The notes: generated by a model not told the origin, from the sequence alone. A stretch of DNA of 64,000 nucleotides from Clostridiales bacterium (GCA_012800735.1 JAAZIU010000011.1:44542-108541); one strand, 5' to 3'. Positions 18,554-33,314 are shown, counted from the stretch's first letter. Numbers and translations are program-made.

Positions 18554-19273
18554 TCAGTTCTTTGTCTTTTCCGGCGCGGCTTTTAGCAAGTCTGTTTCGT
18601 TATCCGTCAGGAGCCTCCATTCTCCGATCTCCAAATCGGGGTCAAGGGTAAGAGAGGCAAATCGCGTTCTTTTCAGTTTTAAAACCCTGTTACCGACCGC
18701 TTCAAACATCCGCTTTACCTGATGATAACGTCCCTCTGTCAAAGTGATATTAACCTGCGTCGATCCGATTATCTCTATTCTTGCCGGCTTTGTGATCTTT
18801 CCGTCAAGAATAATACCGGATTCAAGTGTGTTTATCGCTTCATCGTCAAGGACGAACGCAAGCGACGCAAGATATGTCTTTTCGCAGCGATACTTTGGGG
18901 AGAGCAGTCGGTGAGCGAGCGGACCGTCGTTTGTGAGTATCAACAGTCCGGTAGTATCGCGGTCGAGACGACCGCAGGGGAACAGCCCCATCCGCGAATA
19001 TCTTTCATCCACAAGATCAAGCACTGTCGGCGCCGACGGATCATCTGTCGAACTTATATAACCTTCCGGTTTGTTAAGCATGATATATGTATATTCCATA
19101 TAAGGAATTATCTGTCCGTCCAGCGCAATCTCATCCAGACCTTCCTGTATTTTGATTTCGGGACGCGCCGCCGGTATGCCGTTTATTGTTATCCGTCCCT
19201 TTTTGACGGCTTTGGCGCATTCTTTCCGGGACAAAAGTCCGGCGCCGGATATATACTTATCTAAACGCATCAT
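18554..19273 (-). CDS. pseudouridine synthase, RsuA/RluB family
   Basis: S4 domain MRLDKYIS...SRKE and catalytic GRLDRDTTGLLILTNDG. Confidence 0.9.
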   Translation of the reverse strand: MMRLDKYISGAGLLSRKECAKAVKKGRITINGIPAARPEIKIQEGLDEIALDGQIIPYMEYTYIMLNKPEGYISSTDDPSAPTVLDLVDERYSRMGLFPCGRLDRDTTGLLILTNDGPLAHRLLSPKYRCEKTYLASLAFVLDDEAINTLESGIILDGKITKPARIEIIGSTQVNITLTEGRYHQVKRMFEAVGNRVLKLKRTRFASLTLDPDLEIGEWRLLTDNETDLLKAAPEKTKN

Positions 19274-19359
19274 AATAAATGCCTCACTGGTTTATTTTCA
19301 GTCTGATATTTATTTTACCATAAAACCCCGAAAAAGTAAACCATAATCATGTTATCCTC

Positions 19360-19388
19360 TTGACAAATTCCCTTATTTGTGAGATAAT
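19360..19388 (+). promoter_or_regulatory. sigma-70 type promoter of lipoprotein copy 1; the copy-2 equivalent is at 21006-21034 with GATAAC
   Basis: TTGACA, a 17-nt spacer, then GATAAT. Confidence 0.6.
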
Positions 19389-19444
19389 TATACATCATAT
19401 ATTTGCTTTATACATAATTTTCTAAAAAAGAGGGAGGTTATTTT

Positions 19445-20935
19445 ATGAATAATCCTGTTTATGCAAAGCTAACTTCAATTATTCTCGCAGCACTTGTCCT
19501 TTCTTCCGTCTTGTTAGCCTGCGGCGGTAAAGGGGATACCCCGGCTCAGAACGGCTCTGCTGACACTCAGACTGACGCCGAAACCATTGAAGAAACCACC
19601 GCTCCGGCAACCTCGGTTCCTGTCGGCACCGACTTTGGCGGAACTACTCTGAATGTAATGAACTATACCATGGAGAATTTTTATTTTGATGTAGCCGAAG
19701 AAACCGGCGACGTTGTCAATGATGCTGTTTATGAAAGAAACATGAAGGTTCAGAATGATGTAAATGTCTCTTTCAACATATTAACTAAAGATGGAGACGC
19801 CGCTTCGCTTATTGAAAAAAGTGTCACTTCGGGATCGAATGATTATGATTTCATTTTTGGTATTCAGTATGAATTCGTTCCGCTTGTCCTGAAAGGAATG
19901 TTCATGAATCTTGAAGGCGCGCCTTATATAGATATTGAAAAAGACTGGTGGGACAAAGATTATATACATGAATGTTCTATCGGCAGAAATAAGCGTTTCT
20001 TCATATCCGGCGATATAACATTAGGTCTTATCCGTCACCAGTCCTGCTGCTATGTAAACAAGCAGATGTTTGAGAATATTTTAGGTGATCCCCAGTCGAT
20101 TTACACCACAGTCCTTGACGGAAAATGGACGCTTGATCTGTTCTCGGAATATGCATCAAAGTGCTATTCAGATCTTAACGGTGACAGCAAGTTTGACGAA
20201 GGCGACCAGTACGGCTGCGGTGTAATAACCCTCAACCTTACCGACCACTTCACATACGACGCCGGCGTTCGCTGCACCGAAAGGGATGAAAACGACATTC
20301 CGATTCTCGTTATGAACAACGAACGCACTGTTTCTTATGCGGAAAAAATTAAAAAGATTTATTATGAAAACGAAGGAATCAGGATTTTCTCGGCTGACTA
20401 TACCTCACTGCACGAAACGATTCCGAACAAATTCAAAAACAACTCTCTTGCATTCATGGTCGGTTGGTTCTATATCTCCGACTACCTTCGCGATATGGAG
20501 GGAGATTACGCCGTCATCCCGTTCCCGAAATTCGATGAGACTCAGGAAAACTATCTCGCCTTGATTCATGACGTAGCTACTCTTGTTTGCGTACCGACAA
20601 CCTGTGACAAGCTTGATACCGTGGCTGCCGTGCTTGAGCTTCTTGCGTATGAAGGTTACAATACCGTCGCGCCGGCTTATTATGAAGTCGCTCTTAAGAC
20701 AAAATATATCCGCGATAATCAGGACGAAGCAATGCAGATAATGGATATAATCCACGACGCTTCGACCTCCGATTTCGCATATATCTATAACTACGCTCTT
20801 AATGGCATCGGTCTTATTATGAGAGATGTACTCGGTTCGAAGAAAGGCAATTTCGCTTCGACATATGCCAAGAAGGAAGTTAAGACTCAAAAACTGCTTG
20901 ACGAGCTTATCGAAGTATATACTTCACTTGACTGA
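19445..20935 (+). CDS. extracellular solute-binding lipoprotein (ABC sugar-binding-protein-like, about 500-aa LplA-type), copy 1
   Basis: Signal peptide plus LLAC lipobox, a T/E/Q-rich linker, and family motifs GDVVNDAVYERN, IPFPKFDETQENY and APAYYEVALKTKY shared with 29715 and 34606. Confidence 0.6.
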   Translation: MNNPVYAKLTSIILAALVLSSVLLACGGKGDTPAQNGSADTQTDAETIEETTAPATSVPVGTDFGGTTLNVMNYTMENFYFDVAEETGDVVNDAVYERNMKVQNDVNVSFNILTKDGDAASLIEKSVTSGSNDYDFIFGIQYEFVPLVLKGMFMNLEGAPYIDIEKDWWDKDYIHECSIGRNKRFFISGDITLGLIRHQSCCYVNKQMFENILGDPQSIYTTVLDGKWTLDLFSEYASKCYSDLNGDSKFDEGDQYGCGVITLNLTDHFTYDAGVRCTERDENDIPILVMNNERTVSYAEKIKKIYYENEGIRIFSADYTSLHETIPNKFKNNSLAFMVGWFYISDYLRDMEGDYAVIPFPKFDETQENYLALIHDVATLVCVPTTCDKLDTVAAVLELLAYEGYNTVAPAYYEVALKTKYIRDNQDEAMQIMDIIHDASTSDFAYIYNYALNGIGLIMRDVLGSKKGNFASTYAKKEVKTQKLLDELIEVYTSLD

Positions 20936-21089
20936 AAAGTGTAAAAATGAGACACATTGGTGATAATATACCTCGGTAAACTTATATAACTTTTCGTTTA
21001 TCCTCTTGACAAAACTTCTCATTTGTGAGATAACTATACATCAGCACATTTGCTTTATACGTTTTAAAATACCAGAGGGAGGTTATTTT

Positions 21090-25624
<4,535 letters not shown>

Positions 25625-25648
25625 ATCAGATTTTAATAAAATCAATAA

Positions 25649-25690
25649 ACAACCGGCGTCAGGATACTTTTCCTGACGCCGGTTTATTAT
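25649..25690. terminator. bidirectional rho-independent terminator
   Basis: 14-bp stem aaccggcgtcagga/tcctgacgccggtt between convergent genes. Confidence 0.85.
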
Positions 25691-25738
25691 AAGACTCTTT
25701 GCAAAAACTCAAGTGTTTATGCTGTCCTAAAAAATTGA

Positions 25739-26731
25739 TTACTTTCGTTTCTTTTTCAATCTGAATTGAAAAACAGCCGATGATGTGACGGCAGCAGCGG
25801 AAATCACAGAACAGACAATGGGAACTGCAATATTTGTTTTTTTGCCGTCTGGCGAGGGAGCTGAAGCTGTTTCGGTATTATTTGTCATGTAAGCGGATTC
25901 GTCATCCTCAGATACCAAAGGTGAATCGTTCTTAGTGTTTGGATCAGACCAACGTGCGTAAAGGGTTATATCTTCCAAAAATGTAACCTTATCCCCGGAC
26001 TCCACGGCAGCTCCTCCCGATTTATGCGCGAACCATCCGTCAAAGATAAAACCGCTCTTTTCCGGTGTCGGAAGGACAGGGAAGTTTTGCCCGAAACTAA
26101 CAGAGAGAGGATCGAATATTCCGCCTCCTGCTGAATCAAAGGTGACTCTGATATCTTCGATCGCATATTCTGTGCTCATTGAATACGGATCATCTCCCTT
26201 TGAGCCCTTATATCCGTATAACTCGACTTCGGCGACATCTCCGTGGTTGCGATCGTTAAAATATCTGTAATACCTGTATCCGATGTTGTAATCGAACTCC
26301 GTTATCTCATGCCATTCCCAGCTGTAGGATTCCTCTTCGCTTTGCCATAATGTTATCCAATTTTGAAGATCGTTGGAACCCTGTATCATCGCTCCGTAGT
26401 ATCTGGTAATCTGTGCTTCTCGGGGAAGTATCATGGCCATGGTAAGGGTATATCTTTCTCCCAGGTCAAGTCCGGCGTAGCACTCTTCTCTTGATGCCTC
26501 GGTAGGGTCATAGAAACTGTAAATATTTCCGTCAAAAGCGGCTGCCGCTCCTGTCTCTGGGATACCGCCCCAACCGATTTCTTCGCCTATTAACTCTCCT
26601 GTAAGTATATCGGAGCCGGCCGGGGCATCCGCGCCCGATGCGGGGTATGCTGCAAAAACCGGCGAAGCAACTAAAACAAAGAGGACTGCAATAAGTGTGT
26701 AAAACTCGATTGTCCGTTTTAAAAATTTCAT
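25739..26731 (-). CDS. surface protein: signal peptide, F5/8 type C (discoidin-like) domain, Listeria-Bacteroides (Flg_new) repeat, C-terminal TM anchor
   Basis: Discoidin pattern AAFDGNIYSFYDP...YAGLDLGERY...GAMIQGSNDLQNW. Flg_new pattern VTFDSAGGG...GFIFDGWF...ITLYARW. TM helix plus KKKRK tail. The start ATG overlaps the upstream stop (ATGA). Confidence 0.65.
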   Translation of the reverse strand: MKFLKRTIEFYTLIAVLFVLVASPVFAAYPASGADAPAGSDILTGELIGEEIGWGGIPETGAAAAFDGNIYSFYDPTEASREECYAGLDLGERYTLTMAMILPREAQITRYYGAMIQGSNDLQNWITLWQSEEESYSWEWHEITEFDYNIGYRYYRYFNDRNHGDVAEVELYGYKGSKGDDPYSMSTEYAIEDIRVTFDSAGGGIFDPLSVSFGQNFPVLPTPEKSGFIFDGWFAHKSGGAAVESGDKVTFLEDITLYARWSDPNTKNDSPLVSEDDESAYMTNNTETASAPSPDGKKTNIAVPIVCSVISAAAVTSSAVFQFRLKKKRK

Positions 26732-29043
26732 CCCGCTGACTTCTCCCTTTTGACGCTTTGTTTTGCCGTTAAAAATGCGCTTCCGGCGGATAATAATACA
26801 ATTATTGCGGTAACTGCAATCCATGGCAGGTTAGAAGAGCCGGAAACTGCCTCAGTTGAACCGGATTCTCTCAATACTATATCTCCGGCGACATCCGAAG
26901 CGTTTTCATCTGAGATTGCTGCGGGTTTATTTGAGTTTGCTCCGGAGGCAGAAGACCTTGCCAGTCCTCCCGCCTTCGGGTGAATCTTACCTGAAGTATC
27001 GATGAAGGGGCTGAACATTATGATTTCCCGACTTTTGAAAATCGAACCGCTGGCTCCTTCCCAAAATGCGTTGTTCGGTCCCGTGACTGCGCAGAAATAT
27101 ACGCCGTCTTCCGTCGGAGTAAATTCCTCATACATTGCTTTTATTATTATCTCACCGCGTGTCAGATCCGTTGAAGAGACTTTATACCATTGAACGTCAT
27201 AGTACTTGCCCTGTATATCGGCTTTCAAAACAGCTTGGCCGTCAGCGTTGTTTTCAAGCTTGGCGTCAACTGATATCAGGTATTTTTCGGGGTTCCAAAG
27301 ATTGTTATACCAATGATTGTATCTTATATTGGTAGCGTTCTTAATCCGGTCAGCCCAGTTACGATAGTTGTCGGGCTGTTGCCAGCGAATCCAGTTCATT
27401 TTCTGAGTAGCTTCGATTTCATCGGAATAGACATCAAGGTTAAATATGTCGACGGCGTCGGCTTTACCGAGCATTTGAGCTAAAACATACTTCATTCGCT
27501 CGTTTTCTTCAGCCATAATAGCCATGAAATCGCCCTTTTGCCAGAATCGCTGGTACCAGGTATACTGCTGATGCTCGTGGTATGAAAAGGTGGTTCCCAA
27601 TAAGGTTTTGTCGTATTCAAGCGGGGAAGGACCGGTCTCAAAGTCCCAAACGGGACCGAAAGTCAGCTTTTCATATTTCGATCCGTCAACATCCTTGTAC
27701 ATATATGTACTGGTGCGGTATATTTCCCAGTTTAAGTAGAAAGCGTATACAAGAGTCTGCTGTGCGAAGCTTACGGTGTCAATGTATTCGCTGTAATGTT
27801 TTCCCTCGCTGTTGTAACCTGTAAGGTTGAAAAGAGCATTTTCAAACTGCTGAATGTAAAGCGCGCAGTATTGCACTTGTTCCTTTGTCGGATAAGAGGG
27901 GCTCTTGACATTTATATACATGCCGTTTTTCGTTTCAAAGCCATATTCACCATAATGACCGCACATTACTTCAAGCACATAACCTCCCGAAATGTCTATA
28001 TCCTCAATTTCGTGATAAGCGTCGGGGCAGTATGAATATCTTTTAATTCCCGCAGCTATTGCCGGATCTGAGTCGGAGCGTTCATCCTCTCTGCGGCCGC
28101 TTTTATAAAGGGTATACTTTTCAAGGTTAGCAACACCGATGGCGCCGTTTATATCCATTCGCTCGGTAAGGATATAAGCCCCGCGGTATTCGCCGTTTAT
28201 GTATAGATCAACATATCTTGCGCAGATATTGTAGTAATCTTTCCCGGCGATAGCGTTGTATGTATCAAATGCGGTGACATATGATAGTCCGGCAGGATCA
28301 TAATTTCCCCATGTTCGGATTCTGAGAAGAACCCATTTTTTGGAGGCGCCTGCGCCCGGTATCAGCTCTGTTCTTTTACCGATATTTATATTATATGAGT
28401 TTTTGGTATTAAGATTACCGGACGCTTCGTAAGAGGTCAGACCGTGTCCCTTCATCCTGGTCATGTCACCGTCGTATATTATTCTCCCGTCAACTTCTGT
28501 AACTCTTAAGTTGCCGGCTTCGACGTTTTCTTTATAAGAGTTAATTTTTCTAAGCGCGTCATCTCCTCCGTCAAGCTCTATATAAAGCGAAGCGCAAGAG
28601 GTCGATTTCATTACAATAATGGAGTAGCGGTTATAGGTATCGGTACTTTCATCATATTCATAAATAAACGATTTTTCCTCGGAAAGATTCAGAGTTGCAA
28701 TCTCGCCATTTGAATACAATATGCCGGTATCAGGGTCATAAAGCTTAAGTTTACCGTTATATTTCACCGGAATGGCGCTTAAATCGGCGCTGGACGGAAG
28801 AAAAAGGTAATGTTTTGTCGCCTTGGAGTATAATTTTATATCACCCGGCAGTTTTGAAACAGTTCCTTCTGACTGAGCTGCCACGGAAATAGGAGGAGGC
28901 GCATTCGTGGCGTTCAGCTGCGGTTTTGCCGCGGAAATCGAAAGCGTCAATACCGCTGCGGCAGCCGTCATTATAATTAAAGTAAATAACCGTATATAAC
29001 CGGCAGAGAATCCGGTTTTATGGTTTTTATAGCGTTTTTTCAT
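26728..29043 (-). CDS. CotH kinase family protein, predicted exported, C-terminal TM anchor
   Basis: 771 aa with an N-terminal TM/signal and the CotH-like core KKWVLLRIRTWGNYDP...YVDLYINGEYRGAYILTERMD. The C-terminus has a hydrophobic helix plus a basic tail. Confidence 0.6.
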   Translation of the reverse strand: MKKRYKNHKTGFSAGYIRLFTLIIMTAAAAVLTLSISAAKPQLNATNAPPPISVAAQSEGTVSKLPGDIKLYSKATKHYLFLPSSADLSAIPVKYNGKLKLYDPDTGILYSNGEIATLNLSEEKSFIYEYDESTDTYNRYSIIVMKSTSCASLYIELDGGDDALRKINSYKENVEAGNLRVTEVDGRIIYDGDMTRMKGHGLTSYEASGNLNTKNSYNINIGKRTELIPGAGASKKWVLLRIRTWGNYDPAGLSYVTAFDTYNAIAGKDYYNICARYVDLYINGEYRGAYILTERMDINGAIGVANLEKYTLYKSGRREDERSDSDPAIAAGIKRYSYCPDAYHEIEDIDISGGYVLEVMCGHYGEYGFETKNGMYINVKSPSYPTKEQVQYCALYIQQFENALFNLTGYNSEGKHYSEYIDTVSFAQQTLVYAFYLNWEIYRTSTYMYKDVDGSKYEKLTFGPVWDFETGPSPLEYDKTLLGTTFSYHEHQQYTWYQRFWQKGDFMAIMAEENERMKYVLAQMLGKADAVDIFNLDVYSDEIEATQKMNWIRWQQPDNYRNWADRIKNATNIRYNHWYNNLWNPEKYLISVDAKLENNADGQAVLKADIQGKYYDVQWYKVSSTDLTRGEIIIKAMYEEFTPTEDGVYFCAVTGPNNAFWEGASGSIFKSREIIMFSPFIDTSGKIHPKAGGLARSSASGANSNKPAAISDENASDVAGDIVLRESGSTEAVSGSSNLPWIAVTAIIVLLSAGSAFLTAKQSVKREKSAG

Positions 29044-29223
29044 GTAGTATATACCCCCGGGAGCTACTAACCATGTTGTGGATATAATATTGTAGCATAT
29101 TTTACGACCGAATGCAAGACATTAATAAAAATCTTGTAAGAAATAAATTAAAAATCAGTTAACTCATCAAATACGATTATGGTTTTTCAGAGAATTATAA
29201 AACCGGTTCGGAAAATAAAATAT

Positions 29224-29251
29224 AAAAAAAGCGCGTCGGCATACGGCGCGC
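29224..29251 (-). terminator. rho-independent terminator downstream of the carrier-protein gene
   Basis: 8-bp stem 29231-29238/29244-29251. The A7 run at 29224-30 on the plus strand reads as U7 on the minus strand. Confidence 0.75.
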
Positions 29252-29270
29252 ATTCGTGTATTAACGGTTC

Positions 29271-29498
29271 TTATTTCAAATGTTTTGCCAGATAAGCTTC
29301 AATATCCCCGACTGTTTTCATCTTGTCAATTTCTCTATCGGTAGCTGCGCAGCCGAGTTGTTCCTCGATTTCGATGAAAATATTTGCAATATCAAGAGAA
29401 CTCAGACCAAGATCATCTGTAAGCTCGGCGTCCGGGTAAATTTCTTCTTCTTTTAATTTTGTGCACTCGACAATAATACCAATGAGTTTTTCGTTCAT
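29271..29498 (-). CDS. acyl carrier protein-like (phosphopantetheine-binding) protein, stand-alone
   Basis: 75 aa with the attachment-site motif DDLGLSSLD. The start is trimmed to MNEKLIG. Confidence 0.7.
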   Translation of the reverse strand: MNEKLIGIIVECTKLKEEEIYPDAELTDDLGLSSLDIANIFIEIEEQLGCAATDREIDKMKTVGDIEAYLAKHLK

Positions 29499-29714
29499 AA
29501 TAAATCTCCCTCTTGTTCTTAGATAATTATACCACAGCAATGACTGTATGTCAATATAGACAAGACAGAATATTAACTTTTGATGTAACTTTATTGGAGC
29601 AGATATATTGTTAAAAACGGCAATTTAAACAAAAAACATTGACAAACAAGGGTATGTATGATATAATATTTTTTAACATAAAATATTATTTTAATAAGAG
29701 GGTAATATTATATC

Positions 29715-31175
29715 ATGAACAAAAGAATCTTAGCGGCGCTTCTTTCGGCGTTCCTTCTTGCGGTTATGCTTGCGGGATGCGGTGATGGTAAGTCTGCGAA
29801 TACTCCAAGCATAACAACCGTTTCCCCTGACACACCTGTTGACGATGGCGCGGAAACAACTACCGAACTGCGCCCGGATCTTCCGCAGGATGTAAAATTC
29901 GACGGATATGAATTCAAATTTCTCAACGGCAACCAGGCAGACTGGATGGTAACCTATGCAATAAGCGCGGAAGAGGAAAACGGAGAAGCGCTTAACGACG
30001 CCATCTACAGACGCAACCTTGCAACAGCCGAGCAGTTTGGCGTTTCGATAGTTGAAATAAACATTTCCGGTGCGGCTTCAACCGCTTCAAAATCGATTGC
30101 CGCCGGAGAAGATGCTTACGACTGCGTCCTGATAACCACCTTTGACGCCTTTACGTCAACAACGAAGGGCGAAGCGACTATATTCGGAAATATTCCGTAT
30201 ATCGACCTTACAAAGCCCTGGTGGGTGCAGAACAGCATCCGTGACACCTCAATTAACGGAAATGTATATTACGCGATAAGCCTTTTTGACACTACTCACT
30301 ACGACGAAGTGCGCGGACTCATGTTTAACAAAACGCTCCGCGAAAACTACGAGCTTGACAACCCCTACCAGCTTGTTGAAGACAACAAGTGGGTACTTGA
30401 CAAGATGAAAGAAATGGGCACCGCCGTCTCTCTTGACCTCGACGGAGACGGCAAATGGGGCAACGACGACCAATACGGTTACACCTCCTGGTCAAGAGTA
30501 GGTTCCGAGGCGCTTGTATACGGTGTCGGCGCGAAACTCAGCGTCACAAAAGACAGCGATGACATGCCGTATTTCGATCTTGCAAACACATATAACTACG
30601 ACCGTTATCAAGCGATAACCGATCTGTATGCCACACCCGGTTTCCTCGCGCCATACGGCACTGCCGCAAACCACGGCGGTCTCGACCAGTTTATCGAAGG
30701 AAAGGTGCTTTTCTACAACGAAGCTGTCGGAAACACTCATTCTCTTCGCGACATGGACGCCGACTTCGGATTCATCCCGAGCCCGAAATATACCGAAGAA
30801 CAGGAAGAATATTATCATTTCGGCGGAACGCCGTTTGTTATGCTTATACCTGTCACCGCATCCGACCTTGAACGTACCGGGATAATCCTTGAGTCGCTGA
30901 GTTTTGAGTCGGTTTCCACCGTTGTTCCCGCATATTACGATATTATGCTCAACGGTAAGATTGCCCGCGACACCGAATCGGGTCCGATGCTTGATATAAT
31001 TTTCAATACGCTGTCCTATCCGTATCAGATAGCTTTCGATTACTGCGACACGAAAATCACTGATATGATCTGGAAAAACAAGTCAGACTTCGCATCGTAT
31101 TTCGCTAAATATGAGTCTAATATCCAGAAAAGTATCGACAAAGCCATCGAAGCCTACGAAGCCGGAAACCAGTAA
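29715..31175 (+). CDS. extracellular solute-binding lipoprotein, same family as 19445
   Basis: Lipobox LAGC and motifs GEALNDAIYRRN, IPSPKYTEEQEEYY and VPAYYDIMLNGK. A promoter TTGACA-17-TATAAT lies upstream (about 29639-29667). Confidence 0.6.
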   Translation: MNKRILAALLSAFLLAVMLAGCGDGKSANTPSITTVSPDTPVDDGAETTTELRPDLPQDVKFDGYEFKFLNGNQADWMVTYAISAEEENGEALNDAIYRRNLATAEQFGVSIVEINISGAASTASKSIAAGEDAYDCVLITTFDAFTSTTKGEATIFGNIPYIDLTKPWWVQNSIRDTSINGNVYYAISLFDTTHYDEVRGLMFNKTLRENYELDNPYQLVEDNKWVLDKMKEMGTAVSLDLDGDGKWGNDDQYGYTSWSRVGSEALVYGVGAKLSVTKDSDDMPYFDLANTYNYDRYQAITDLYATPGFLAPYGTAANHGGLDQFIEGKVLFYNEAVGNTHSLRDMDADFGFIPSPKYTEEQEEYYHFGGTPFVMLIPVTASDLERTGIILESLSFESVSTVVPAYYDIMLNGKIARDTESGPMLDIIFNTLSYPYQIAFDYCDTKITDMIWKNKSDFASYFAKYESNIQKSIDKAIEAYEAGNQ

Positions 31176-31204
31176 TCTGAAAATAATCACACAATACTAT
31201 TGAA

Positions 31205-31240
31205 GAAAACCGTCTTTCAAAGGCGGTTTTCTTTTTCATA
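31205..31240 (+). terminator. rho-independent terminator
   Basis: Stem gaaaaccg/cggttttc followed by a T run. Confidence 0.7.
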
Positions 31241-31315
31241 ACTTATTTCGGTTTATTCATATTATAGAAGAATTGAATATTGCTAAAACTTTTTGAAGCA
31301 TAGGTATGCTTCCGG

Positions 31316-32140
31316 CTATATTCTTTGCGATGAAATTATCTTCCTTCTCTTTAGAAGAAAAACAAATCCCGAAATCAGCAAAATATTGAGAACCAAAACG
31401 ACAATGCTGCCCTCAATCTTAGGCGCGCCGCCCGCGATCAATTCGTTTCCGGTAAATTCCGACGTGCATAGACTCGGATAATCGTCCGCAAGGTTAACGC
31501 CGCCGAGGATGACTGCTCCGGCGCAATTCCAGATAAAATGCATTATAACGGGAGCAATCAAGGACTGCGTATATTCCATTACAACCGTCATCAAAATACT
31601 CATTGTCAGAACATTCATAACAGGAATTATACCTGCTTCAAAAGCTCCTCCGTGCATGAGTGTAAATAAAGCGGTTGTTACTATGGCAGCAGCAAAAACG
31701 TTGTAATCTGTTTTCAGCATCTGGTAGAGATAGCCTCTGACAAGCAATTCCTGCATCGCCGCGTTGATGAATACCGAAATAATCCATAACCAAAGCATCG
31801 GAACGGAATTGTAAGCAACAATTTTCATTGTCCCGGATATCATTAATATGCCTGCCGCTGCTCCGATCCAGATAATTCCCGCCAAAACGCCGATGACGAT
31901 ATTTTTCACAGGATAAGTAACAATGCACAGTTTTATGCGTTTCTTTTCAAAAAGCCAAAACAAAACGGTGAAGCCGACAATAGATAAAAAGGGAAACATT
32001 TCCGACAAGAATCTCCATGCGGCACCGCTTAATGTATCCGGAATTAAAAGAAACGCGGGAACGGTTAACAGTGACCAACCGATAAAAAACAACAGAATTT
32101 TTCCGGTGGTAATCAGTATTTTTTTGATTTTCGTTTTCAT
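31316..32140 (-). CDS. CPBP family intramembrane glutamic endopeptidase (CAAX protease / Abi-like)
   Basis: Polytopic membrane protein with the motifs QELLVRGYLY, FTLMHG and HFIWN. Confidence 0.8.
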   Translation of the reverse strand: MKTKIKKILITTGKILLFFIGWSLLTVPAFLLIPDTLSGAAWRFLSEMFPFLSIVGFTVLFWLFEKKRIKLCIVTYPVKNIVIGVLAGIIWIGAAAGILMISGTMKIVAYNSVPMLWLWIISVFINAAMQELLVRGYLYQMLKTDYNVFAAAIVTTALFTLMHGGAFEAGIIPVMNVLTMSILMTVVMEYTQSLIAPVIMHFIWNCAGAVILGGVNLADDYPSLCTSEFTGNELIAGGAPKIEGSIVVLVLNILLISGFVFLLKRRKIISSQRI

Positions 32141-32164
32141 GTCATGTAAATAATAGTGATTTTT

Positions 32165-33160
32165 TCACAAAGCATTACAGGCGCGCAGCACAGTCCTGTA
32201 TAAATCAAGCTCATAATCATATGTGTAAGGATTCTCAATTTCGCCGCGCACCATGCGTCCGAAACCGTTCATCATAGCGTCGTAGCGGTCGAAAACGGCG
32301 GTTTCGGTATAAACGCCCCTGTCCGCCCATGCGTCGCTGAAAAACTCGATTTTACCGGTCCAAATGCCGCCCGGAGCTGACATTTCAAAGGGTTTTATTT
32401 CAACGGTCCCTTCGGTTCCGGTTACGACAAGCTGTCTTCGCGCAAATCCTCCGCGTTCGACGGCGCAGGTTTTAGCAAAGGAAACGCCTCTGTCGTATTC
32501 AAAAATCGCCATGCCGAAATCTTCTCCCGAAGCCCCAAGGTAACCTGTGGAGCGATTCAACGGAATGATTTTTTTTGGCTCACCCTGAATTCGATATATA
32601 AGATCGATCAGATGGCATCCGAGGAAGAACATCATCCCGCCCGGAAATGCTGAAAGCCAGCTGCGAACCGATTCCGGATGGCGGCAGTTCATCTGCGCTT
32701 CGACCGATATGATATCGCCGAGTTCGCCTTCCTTGATGCGTTTGAGGAGATCGATAACATACGGATTGTATCGGTACATATATCCGGTATGGAAAACGGT
32801 ATTTCCGGCTTTAACTGTTTCAATTAATTCTTCAAACTCCGAAAGCTCGCGCCCGCCCGGCTTTTCCATATGAATATGCTTTCCGACTTTAGCAGCCATC
32901 AAAGCATATTTTGTAAGGTGTATTTCTTCTGTCTCAATCGCGACAGCCTCAATGGAAGCGTCATTCAATATTTCATCGACGGACATCTCTCGGAAGCCCT
33001 CAAAAAGCTTCATGTTGCCCGGAAATTTATCCCGTTCGTTTTCCGGCATCGAATATCCCGCGATTTCAAAAATATCGCTCTGTTTTTGAAGGCTGCCGAA
33101 AATTGGGTTCCCATGACTGTTGGCGCTGGTTCCTATCTGGGCAATCTTAATTCTTTTCAT
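32165..33160 (-). CDS. Gfo/Idh/MocA family oxidoreductase
   Basis: N-terminal Rossmann segment IKIAQIGT, the EKP-type motif HMEKPG, and 331 aa. Confidence 0.8.
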   Translation of the reverse strand: MKRIKIAQIGTSANSHGNPIFGSLQKQSDIFEIAGYSMPENERDKFPGNMKLFEGFREMSVDEILNDASIEAVAIETEEIHLTKYALMAAKVGKHIHMEKPGGRELSEFEELIETVKAGNTVFHTGYMYRYNPYVIDLLKRIKEGELGDIISVEAQMNCRHPESVRSWLSAFPGGMMFFLGCHLIDLIYRIQGEPKKIIPLNRSTGYLGASGEDFGMAIFEYDRGVSFAKTCAVERGGFARRQLVVTGTEGTVEIKPFEMSAPGGIWTGKIEFFSDAWADRGVYTETAVFDRYDAMMNGFGRMVRGEIENPYTYDYELDLYRTVLRACNAL

Positions 33161-33265
33161 AATATCAAAGCCGTCCTTTCAGAAAATGCATCAAATAAGA
33201 CTATATAACAATATTATATCCTTAATTACAAAAATGTCAATGATTTCTGTGAATATATAGTAAGA

Positions 33266-33298
33266 AATAAAAAAACCGGGACATTTGGCGTCCCGGCA
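33266..33298 (-). terminator. rho-independent terminator separating the two oxidoreductase genes
   Basis: Stem ccggga/tcccgg, with the plus-strand A run at 33268-33275 reading as a U run on the minus strand. Confidence 0.7.
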
Positions 33299-33314
33299 AT
33301 GCGATTAACAAATT

